This document shows positions 1 to 11,111 of a stretch of DNA of 64,000 nucleotides, one piece after another. Numbering within the stretch: the stretch's first letter is position 1; every line of letters starts with the position of its first letter. The translations under genes were made by a program, and so were the position numbers. The notes beneath the pieces are model-generated. The model saw only the letters and a program-made list of their open reading frames with translations. It was not told the DNA's origin and searched no databases. Location of the stretch: assembly GCF_001194135.2 (NCBI RefSeq), contig NC_068999.1:48846837-48910836 (forward strand), written 5' to 3'. Origin of the DNA: Octopus bimaculoides (lineage: Eukaryota).

Positions 1-534
1 GATACCAGACGAACCAATGGCTCGAAATGAGACACAGTTTAGGGCAGCGATGTCAAATTCTCCTATACACCAGATGTGCCATCAAAACTCTTGATTGGAC
101 TATATCAGGTGCAGGAGAAGAGCCATGCAAGGAACGTGAAGAGAGCAAAGCATAAAAACAGAAAATCACGGTGGTGCTCCAGCATGACCACAGCCACTTG
201 GCTGAAACCTATAAATAAATAAATAAATAAAAATAAATATATTTATATATAAATATATATATACATTTATATATAAATATATATATATAAATATATATAT
301 ATATTTATATATAAATATATATATTTATATTTTTTTTTTAATAGTTTCAGCTTAGAGCTGCTGCCAACCTTCCCACTTGTATAATAGCTTACTTGTGCTT
401 GTTTGTAGGTATTTTATCCCACTAAACATTCACTGGAATATATGTTCAGTTCTAGAGTTAGTTTAGTCCTTACACTGAAACATTTTCAGCCAGAATTCAT
501 AAGTTCTGAATATATTTTGTTCTATGTTTGATGC

Positions 535-860
535 CTCAGTGGGGAACTTGTGGAAGAGGAAGACATGGGATGAAGTACTGAAAGCTGATCTTGAGAGACT
601 AAGTCTTACAAAAGAGATGACAAAGGACCGAGATATCTGGTGCCTTGCTGTACTCAAGATGACCTGTCCACGATAACAGAATTTATACTGGTGTTGGTTC
701 CACATAGAAAGCAACCAGTACACTCTGGAGTGGTTGGCATTAGGAAGGACATCCAGCAGTAGAAACCCTGCCCGAACAGACAATGGAGCCCACAGCCTTA
801 CTAGTTCTGGTCAAACATTCCAACCCATGCCAGCATGGAAAGTGGATGTTCAATGATGAG
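535..860 (+). mobile_element. 5'-truncated RTE-clade LINE
   Basis: RKTWDEVLKADLERLSLTKEMTKDRDIWCLAVLKMTCPR* followed by tail ...ttggcattaggaagg...ccatgccagcatggaaagtggatgtt..tgatga. Confidence 0.8.
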
Positions 861-1043
861 TTTAAAACGAGTGTTTATACAATGGAATAACCATTTTTTA
901 GATTTTTTTTTATAATCTCTTGGTTTTTAAATTTACTTTGTAATTTCTCAACACCTTGTGCCTACTTTTTTGGCAGGACTTCAAAATTTATTTATCAATA
1001 AAAGAGGAAGGAGTTTTCTTTTGCTTTCTTCAAAATTATCCTT

Positions 1044-1275
1044 CTAGCAGTGGCGGCCTCTTTATTATAAACTTAACGGAATCTAGTGATGGAGACCTAT
1101 GTAATATGAACTTTATGGGGATCTGGTCAAAGAGACCCTGCATACAATCTTAATGGGCACCTAGTGGTGGAGGCCTACATATTATGGACTTAACAGACTT
1201 AGTAGTGAAGGCCTATGCACTATGGACTTAATGGGGAAGTGATGGTGGAGCTGTATATTATGAACTTTATGTGTA
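1044..1275. repeat. Degenerate minisatellite of about 39 bp, 6 units
   Basis: Units start at 1044, 1083, 1123, 1161, 1199 and about 1239; consensus approximately ctagtggtggaggcctatatattatg(a/g)acttaatggg. Confidence 0.8.
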
Positions 1276-1475
1276 ATGGACTGTCGCTGGCAGCCATCAT
1301 ATGCAGCTAGAAATAAGAGTAAAGATTTGGTGTCAAAGTGGATTAAAATGGTTAGTGTATTCTGATGTGAGATTGAACAATCCAATCTTTTGACAGCAGT
1401 TAGTGACCTAAGACAATGAGCATGAAGTCCAATAATTTATCTACTCACTCATTTTGACTTTACTTTCTCTTACAG

Positions 1476-1549
1476 GTAAACTGAAGTTTAAAAATGTCTT
1501 CAACTGCCAAGATATAGGACGATACGGTGCCACAGCTGGAATGGTCTGA
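1476..1549 (+). CDS. Candidate terminal exon of a convergent neighbouring gene: (G)KLKFKNVFNCQDIGRYGATAGMV*
   Basis: Branch-like tactcac, pyrimidine tract ttttgactttactttctcttacag, only the phase-1 frame is open to a TGA, AATAAA near 2114; product not recognised. Confidence 0.4.
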
Positions 1550-3756
1550 AAATAGTCTGCTAAACAACAATTTACATATCTTCATTTACTAATAGAGTAA
1601 TATTTTCCCAAAGTAGTTTCCAAGGAATCCTAAAATTCTGTGAAAAATTTTTGGGAATTTTGCAAGATAAGGGGTTTTTAGCAAAATTTAATATATCTTA
1701 TGTCTTTTGCTTTTTGTTTCAGTCATTAAACTGTGGCCATGCTAGAGCATTGCGTTGAAGAATTTTTATTTGAATGAATCAACCCTGTTCTGTTTAGTCT
1801 ATTCTATCTTTCTAATGGTGGCAAGAAGAAAAAAACAAAAATGGTGCGGGAGCGGCTGTGTGGTAAGTAGCTTGCTTACCAACCACATGGTTNNNNNNNN
1901 NNNNNNNNNNNNNNNNNNNNNNNNNNNNNNNNNNNNNNNNNNNNNNNNNNNNNNNNNNNNNNNNNNNNNNNNNNNNNNNNNNNNNNNNNNNNGCATGGCC
2001 GCAGTCAAATGACTGAAACAAGTAAAAGAGTAAAGAGTATCCTGAAGTATAACAATATCTGTTTCAACATACAATTTCACATCAGGAATCTTGCGAAAGA
2101 AATACTTAAATGTAATAAATATACATTTGTGTATATTTAGTTCTGCTATGAAACTAACCGTAAGAGTATTTCAAATATCCTTGGTTTGATATGATTACAA
2201 TTTACACCTTTCAGGTTCTTAAAAATCAACATTACAATCCTATTTGTATTTACCATTTAGCTAAACATGGTTCCATACTCATGTGTGTTCCTGGCACATA
2301 CAGAATGACAAACTCTTCCACAGAATACAGGTTGTGTGAAGTTCCATTGTTAATCGCAACATACTCTTTAAAACCATTTTATTTTGGTAATTGTTTTTTT
2401 CTACATATTATGTACATATTCACTTCATTATATGAGATGTTACTCTATAATGATAGAGTTATCTGTTGGTGACCACAAAACAGAAGAAAAAAAGGTAAAT
2501 AGAAAACAAAATAATAATAATTATATAATAATAATAACAACAAAACAAAACACAACAAAAATACAAACAAAAATAAAAATATATATATATGAAAATTGAA
2601 GAATAAGAAACAGTCAAGCAAAACAATGATTTTCTTTAACATATAATATTAATAATTATAATAATAGTAATAATAATTAAGGGTTATAATAACATAGGTT
2701 TGTTTCATGTGTTATAATGACAATAACAATAGTAATATTAATTATTATTATTGTTGTTATTAGGGCAGTGAATAGCAGAAATGGTAGAGTGCTAGACAAA
2801 ATGGTATTCAGCTATGTCCTGAGTTAAATTTCAACTGGAATTGACTTTACCTTCATTTAGTGCTGATAAAATAAGTTAATAATTAAATATTAGAGTTAAC
2901 CTCATCAATAAACACGTTTCCTTTAGAAAATATCATTATTGTTATGGCTATCAAATTTTGTATACTGTATTTACTTAAATTTTTTTCTCTGTTTCAGTGT
3001 AAACCTATTTCCCCACCATTTATTGTAAACCTCATTTCTTGAATGGGAGTGCAGTGCATGCCATCAAAGTGACACTGGGGTACGAAGCCCAATATACCTA
3101 TCATGACTAATTGCCTGATAAGGGTACACCAGGCACATGCATTTGATATAGTAATCTCATATCAGGAGAAGCAGTGCATGACCTTGCAGATGGGGTCCAG
3201 TTAGAATTTTCTTTGGATCAAGTAGCCCATTCTGTTCAAAAAGGTCCCTGAATAAGATTTGTTTAAGGATGATGAACAAAACACCCATGTTTCCAGAAGT
3301 GAATTATTCAAACTCCAAAGAATTCCTCTCAACACATGGCTATGGGAGTCCCCAATGTGAACCGCTCATGGTTAAATGATGGGTTCCTGGTTGTTGTAAG
3401 TTTGCCTGATGGTGGCCAACTAGTGACGTACACCAAAACAACTACTACTACTACAACTAGCCTTTGTTTTGGGGAAGAAGTGAAAAATAAAACATGTTTC
3501 AAGACATACATACAGGGTGTGGTGAGAAAAGTAAAGATTCACAGGGTTTTAAAAATCAGAATATGGATGGGTTGCAGAACCAAACACTAAGGAGCATTCA
3601 GCTGAATTCTCTATTGTTTCTGCCGATAAGATCAGGAACATCAACCCTTTTGATACCAAACTGCCCAAGACCACACATGGATCTTTGATACAAACTTTAG
3701 CTTTTAATGTGATCTTCCATAAAAATTTCATCTCAATTTATGTTCCAAACTCTACT

Positions 3757-3983
3757 TTAACTCTTTAGCATTTAAACTGGCCATATTTGGCCCAAATGTT
3801 CTACCTATTTTGTGTTCAAAGCAATCAGATCTGGCCTCTTGCACCTACCCTACAATGTCATTCTAAAAATAAACATTCACATCATCAAAATCTTGAAGCC
3901 ATGAGATAATGCATGATTCATTCAAGACAATGTGAATTAATAAGCATTACATTTCGACAATTATCTGAATGCTAAGGGGTTAA
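3757..3983. mobile_element. piggyBac-type MITE (about 220 bp); other copies at 12966-13517 (interrupted), 33132-33340, 42015-42221 and a partial copy near 59000-59130
   Basis: TTAA-c(c/t)ctttagcatt ... aatgctaa(a/g)ggg-TTAA ends and a shared internal sequence. Confidence 0.8.
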
Positions 3984-4645
3984 TAATGATAAAGTTATTT
4001 TACTAAATTCTTCATTATTACCAAAATTAATTAAAACAAAGAAAGTTTTATTTTAACAGGAATTCGGTAACAAAAGGGGTTAAAATTATTGTTTATTGAT
4101 GAAAGAAAAAAATTTAAATGACAGAAAAATAAAACAAAAACAACAACAATGGCAACAAACAAACAAACAAAACATACTTGTATGTCAAAGTGATGCAACT
4201 GAATTCATTATCATGCGGCAGTTTAAATATAATGAAATGATTTGATTAATTAACCAATTGTTTAATTGATATATTGATGGATTTTTGTGAGAATTTTTTT
4301 CTTCTTTTTCCTTTCCTTTCTCTATTTCCTTCCTTCTTAAATGTTTTTATCTCTTCCTGGACCCTATCTTTTTCAAGGCAGTGAGGTAATATTAACTCCC
4401 TAAATGATCTAAGTACGGGTCTGATGTGTACAAAGTTATATAAATATGGTGTTAAAAATGTTATATGGTTTCAGTTGCTAAATGGACTGACTTGTAGACA
4501 AGAAAGAAAGCCTGACAATGTGATTTATGACAAACAGACCAATAAAGGCTTCCCTAACCAACCACTGCTGTCTATTAGCCTGAACAAATACCCCAAAGAA
4601 ATGATTCCAGAAAATTGTCAAATTTTCAAACTATGAATTAGACCA

Positions 4646-4693
<48 letters not shown>

Positions 4694-5272
4694 CACATAC
4701 CTTACATTTCAAACTCCAGGAACCCCTCTACCAATGCTATTTGGTGTGCAAATTGATCCACTTTGTCAGAATATACTTTTATGAGTTTGACTCTGACTCA
4801 GTGTACACTATAGACAGACATGAGCCACTAATTTCTCTGTTCTCACAAAGAGAATGGGTGATCATTCTTGGGTGAAGGCTTAATAAGACTAGAAACTAGG
4901 CTGAATGATACTTTTTTTGTTTCTCTTTTGCTTGCAGAGAGGTAAAACCTTGTGGTATAACCATGGAGATTTTTGTTTATTTACAGAGAATTTTATTAAA
5001 AAAGGTACATCATTCATTCACACACATACATATACACATACACACACACATAATAACAGTTTGATTCAGCTTCATGCAGCTTAAAGTTTCATAGCCTTGT
5101 CAAATGAACCTATCTTGTCAGGCCTGTAGAAACCGAATGAAACAAATCTAAGATGGCCTCTGGATGTTTCCTAACAAATGTATTGAATGTCACTTTTTTT
5201 TGTTTGTCCATTCACTCATGTATGTATGTATTTATGTAAGGATGGATGTGTTTATATGTATGTATGTATATA

Positions 5273-5386
5273 TACAGGGTGTCCACAAAGTCTGGGTACA
5301 TGGAGTAAATAAAATCATAATATAAACAATTAAATACAAGAAATAATAATTTCTTAAAGTATACGTTAATCCCCATGTACCCAGAC

Positions 5387-5390
<4 letters not shown>
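5273..5390. mobile_element. Small Tc1/mariner-type MITE; right TIR truncated at a (TA)n tract
   Basis: TA-cagggtgtccacaaagtctgggtacatgg ... ccatgtacccagac (14-bp inverted match). Confidence 0.65.
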
Positions 5391-5475
<85 letters not shown>

Positions 5476-5959
5476 CATATACATACATATATTATATATA
5501 AACACACACACACACACAGGTATATACTGAAATGTAAGGTATAATAGTTCCAACAGCACATACACTTCTTCTTCACTCTTGTGAGAGACTAATGAGTATT
5601 GGTTGAAATTCTAGAATTCATTCTCAAAGAAGGTGGTTCTTCTTTGTCTGAAATTACTGCACAACCAAACCAAATAGGAACACAGAACAGAAATGGTGTA
5701 TTGCTTACAATGCCAAAACTTCGCAAATGATCTTTGGGGAAAAAAAAATCATTATTATTTTCTTTAAAGGCTTCTGACATGATGGAGAGAAATTTTAATT
5801 TTGTAATGTTGATTCCAGTGGTGAAGATTTAAACTGTGTATAAAGATAATAAATAAAATTTTTGAAAATGAAAACAACAACGATAATAATAATAATAACG
5901 GATGATAATGGATGACAATAATGATAAAATTAATATGCAATATAATAATAATAATAATA

Positions 5960-6163
5960 ACTTTGGCACAAGGCCAGTAATTTTGGTGGAGGAGTAAGTC
6001 GCTTACAACGACCCCCCAGTGATAATTGGTACTTATTTTATCAACCTGGAAACGATGGAAGGTAAAGTCAACCTTGGTGGAATTTGAACTCAAAGAATTA
6101 AGATGTATGAAATGCTGCTAAGTATTTTGCCCGGCATGCTAACGATTCTGCCAGCTTGCCATC

Positions 6164-6239
<76 letters not shown>

Positions 6240-7960
6240 TCCTTTCTACTATAATAGGCACAAGGCCTGAAATTTGGGGGGAGGGGACTAGTCGATTACA
6301 TTGACCCCAGTGTTTCACTGGTATTTAATTTATCGATCTCAAAAGGATGAAATGCAAAGTCGACCTCGGGGGAATTTGAACTCAGAACGTAACGACAGAC
6401 AAAATACTGCTAAGCATTTCGCCCGGTGTGCTAACAATTCTGCAAGTTTGCCACCTTAACTAATAATAATAATAATTATTATTATTATTATTATTTAAAA
6501 TTTTTGCCACAAGGGCAACTTGGGGGAGGTGATTACATCGACCCCAGTGTTCAACTGGTACTTATTTTATCAACCCCAAAAGGATGAAAGGCAAAGTCGT
6601 CCTTGGCGGAATTTGAACTCAGAACATAGCGACAGGCAAAATACTGTTAAGCATTTCGTCCGACATGCTAATGATTCTGCAAGCTTGCCACCTTAATAAT
6701 TAATGATAATAATAATAATAATATATGAAGATTAATGTAATTCTTCATGAAGGTAAATACACAAATAGAATAGCACAATGCGATAATGTAATAAATTACA
6801 GAATGATTTATTTATTGAACAATATTTCTGTCTTTTTTGGGTTTGAAAATGAACGATAAAAAAACAAAAAAAGAACTGAAATTTAGAAATTAAGAAATTT
6901 CAATCTGTATTTTATTACATATTGTGTTGCACTCTTGTTATTGTGTATTAATAATAATAATAATAGTAATAATGATAATGATGATGGTTGAAATGGTTTT
7001 CTTTTTTTTTTTCCCCTTTACACAGGCAAAAAGCCATCGACTTGTAATGGTGAAAGAGGCAGTGTAGTTAGTCATTTGATTGATTCTAATGCATTCAATA
7101 CTGGTGCTACTTCTGTTTATTGATATCCCCCGAAAGGGAATGAAAGGCAAAGTTTCAGCCTGGCAGGATTTGAACTCACAATGAAGTGGAATGTAACTAA
7201 ACACCACAAGGCATTTAGTCAAGCATGCTACTATTTCCACCACCCACCATCCTATCAATAATAATAATAATAATTATAATTATAATAGTGGTTTTAAATT
7301 TTGCCACAAGGGCAGCAATTTTGGGGCAGGGTATGAGTCGATTACATTGACCCATGTGTTCAGCTGGTACTTATTTTATCAATCCTGAAAAGATGAAGGG
7401 CAAAGTCGACCTTGGTGGAATTTGAACCCAGAATGTAAAGGTGGAAGAGATGCTGCTAAACATTTTGCCCAGTGTGTTAATGATTCTGCCAGTCGATTAG
7501 GTCGACCTCAGTACGCAACTGGTACTTAATTTATCGACCCTGGAATTTGAAAATAATGATAATGATAATAATAATAATAATTTTGGTGCAAGGCCAAGAA
7601 TTTTGATGGGAGGCGGCAAGTTATTACACTGACTGCAATATTTGGTTGGTTCATATTTTATCAACCTTCAGAGAATGACAGGTAAAACTGACTTTGGCAG
7701 GAATTTGAGCAGGGGAAGAAGCAAAGAGCCAGGAGAAATGCCATTAAGCATTTTATCCCAATGCGCCAACGGTTCTGCCAGCTCACCCCCCCCCCCACAC
7801 TTAATAATGTCGTTGATAAATAATCTTTCCTTCCAGCTAGAGAACAACAGCAACGGGGGTGGGGAAATAGCTGAGTGAAACCAAAACATTACATGTACAC
7901 ATATCTATCGGCCTTGGAGAGATGAAAGGCAAAGTCAACCCTAGTGTGGTTTGAACTAAG
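5960..7960 (-). repeat. Head-to-tail cluster of at least six family B SINEs separated by (TAA)n tracts
   Basis: Copies at about 5960-6165, 6240-6455, 6495-6690, 7300-7495, 7580-7800 and 7820-7960, all minus strand. Confidence 0.85.
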
Positions 7961-8073
7961 AACTCAGAGACATTTAAAAAAAAAGAAGACACCCCAAACA
8001 AAACAAAAAAAAAAAAAACAAACAAACCAACAAATAATAATAATAATAATGATGATGATAATAATAATTAATA

Positions 8074-8099
<26 letters not shown>

Positions 8100-8105
<6 letters not shown>

Positions 8106-8654
8106 CTGCTAGATAAAACCTTGTCTTTATCTCATTCATTTTAGAGAAAGGATGAAAGAGGATTCTTGCAAATTGTCTGTATATTCTTTCCATCATTTTT
8201 TTTTTTTTGCTTTTTTCTCACTTCCATTTTATAGTTCGTTTATTTTCTTCCTTCTTTCCTGATTTTGTTTAAGCATTTACCATTTATTTAATTATTTATT
8301 TATTTATTGTGTTTAGTGTTTATTTGTTTTTGTTTTTGTTTTGAATTTTAAAATTTCAGTTTTTGTTGAAAATTTTGGCAAGTTTGAGGACAGTGCCATG
8401 GCATAAGAAATTATATGAATGGCAAATGTATATGGAGGCTTTAAATCATACACACGTGTGCACACACACACACTCAAAAGACAAACAAGAGCATTTGTGT
8501 AAATCTCTCTCTCTCTCATTATACATACATACACATATATATACATACAAACATACATACACATATATATATATAAATATATATACACATATATATGCAT
8601 ACTTATATATATACATATATATATATACATATATATATGCACACGCACGCACAA

Positions 8655-8701
<47 letters not shown>

Positions 8702-8755
8702 NNNNNNNNNNGCATATATGCATACATACACACATATATATACATACATATGTAG

Positions 8756-8790
<35 letters not shown>

Positions 8791-9014
8791 TACACACATG
8801 TATATACATATGTTTACACAAATACAAATACACAATTTTACATACCCACAAACCTTTGCAGATGCATATACAGACATTAACACTCAGATACACATGCAGC
8901 CATATATATACACATACATACACTCTCACACACCAGTAAAAACCCTATATACATATATACACATATATGTATATATATTCATTTTTTTAATATATTTTTT
9001 TTTATAATTATACT
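8100..9014 (-). other. Probable RYK 3' UTR with long TA/CA microsatellites; 3' end undetermined
   Basis: Lies directly after the stop codon; several minus-strand AATAAA hexamers near 8200-8320; no transcript data. Confidence 0.45.
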
Positions 9015-9126
9015 TCAGATATATCGACCAAGAGCTGTATAAAAGTCCTGAAGACAGACAAGGAGCTGTGAGAATTTTGGACGTTCTTCAAAAGATATTG
9101 CCCAGCAGCAAGCCATCACAGAGAAT
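9015..9126 (-). CDS. RYK: RYK last coding exon with stop (112 nt; not in ORF track)
   Basis: ttttctag|A TTC ... ATC TGA; [36 protein letters not shown]. Confidence 0.95.
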
Positions 9127-9566
9127 CTAGAAAAAAAAAACAGAAAGAAAAGAAATCAAAGGACAAATTTAAACAAAGGTATATTAAAATGCCAATCTAA
9201 AAAAAAAAGGAATTCATTGTAAAATGATGAGACCATCACAGTTGCTATCAATGCTGCCGCTACTACCACTACCACCACCACCACCATCACCATCATCTTT
9301 ATTAGGTGATGAACAGTGAGCGTGATGGAGTCAGACTCAAAACTTGAAGTAGTGCAGGATTGAATCAAACTGTTTTAAATAATAAGATATATAGGCGCAG
9401 GAGTGGCTATGTGGTAAGTGGCTTGCTTACCAGCCACATAGTTCTGGGTTCAGTCCCACTGCGTGGCACCTTGGGCAAGTGTCTTCTACTATAGCTTCGG
9501 GCCAACCAAAGCCTTGTGAGTGGATTTGGTAGACAGAAACTAAAAGAAGCCTGTCATATGTATATG

Positions 9567-9601
<35 letters not shown>

Positions 9602-11070
9602 ATCTGATGATGCACTCTCCCGTCGTTAGATGACGTATGAGGGTTCGACAATTTCTCACTGAACAACCACACAGATGTATTGTTTATAGTGATCAAATGT
9701 TTGTGTAGACATAAGCCCACTCCCTCCATCAAAGTGACATTACCTGTACAGGTGCAACAGGTGCCACATGTCGAAATGATCGCAGAGCAACGTGAAATGA
9801 AGTGCTTTGCTCAAGAACACAACGCAACGCCCGGTCTGGGAATCGAACCCACGATCTCGCAATCATAAGTGCAACACCCTAACCACTATGAATAAATACT
9901 AGAAAAATATAGAAAAATAGTATAGAAATATAGTACAGAGGGTAAAGAAGCTAGATCATGAATTAATGAACAAAGAAAAATGTATCTATTACAAAACCTA
10001 CAGAATCGATCCAGTAATATACTCACAATTCATCGGGACAATTTATAGGTTGAGCTATTCGATAACCTTCTTGTAGGTATGCTGACATTTCAAAGGGATC
10101 AATATCAGCGTATGGCTGTTGACCAAGTGTCATCAACTCCCAAAGTGTGACACCAAAAGCCCACTGCAAATAGAAAAGAGAGAAAGACAAAGGTTAGTTA
10201 AACATATTTCTGCTGAAACATTCTACCTTTGAAAGAGATCAATGAAACGACAAGACTTACCACATCACTGGCAGGAGAGAATCTATGGGTAAGAAGAGCT
10301 TCAATGGATAACCATTTTACGGGTCGGTTTTCATTGTCCCCTAAGCAATTGTAATCGTTAGGGAATAAATCCCGTGATAATGAATTGTCTGTAATTTTCA
10401 AACCTAAATCACTGTCGACTCTGCAGAAAGAAGAGAAAACAGATATACACATGTATATAATTATATAGCCATGCTAGCATGGAAGACGGATGGTAGATGA
10501 TGATGATGTGGTTAAGAAATAAATAGATATATATATATTTATATATATATACACACAATATATACACATATATATATATGTATGAATGTATAGGCACAGA
10601 CATGGCTGTGTGGTAAGAAGCTTGCTTTCCAGACACATGGTTCTGGGTTCAGTCCCACTGAATGGCATCTTGGGAAAGTGTCTTCTACTATAGCCCTTGG
10701 GCCAACTAAAGCCTTGTGAGTGGATGTCGTAGATGGAAACTGAAAGAAGCCTGTCATATATACACATATACATATATATGTGTATATATGACAGGCTTCT
10801 TTCAGTGTGTCTGTGTGTGCATGTGTCTGTCTCCCACCCCAACCACCACTCGACAACCGGTGCTGGTGTGTTTATGTCCCCATAACTTAGCAGTTTGGCA
10901 AAAGAGCCCAATANNNNNNNNNNNNNNNNNNNNNNNNNNNNNNNNNNNNNNNNNNNNNNNNNNNNNNNNNNNNNNNNNNNNNNNNNNNNNNNNNNNNNNN
11001 NNNNNNNNNNNNNNNNNNNNNNNNNNNNNNNNNNNNNNNNNNNNNNNNNNNNNNNNNNNNNNNNNNNNNN

Positions 11071-11111
<41 letters not shown>

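Noticed and set aside
1550-2600. SECIS element for a possible Sec codon at 1547
   Set aside because: No RUGA/GA quartet with an 11-12-bp stem and apical AA was found by eye.
5589-5780. 63-aa minus-strand ORF (DHLRSFGIVSNTPFLFC...)
   Set aside because: No recognisable domain or partner exons, and RYK has already terminated at 9015; probably UTR or intergenic.
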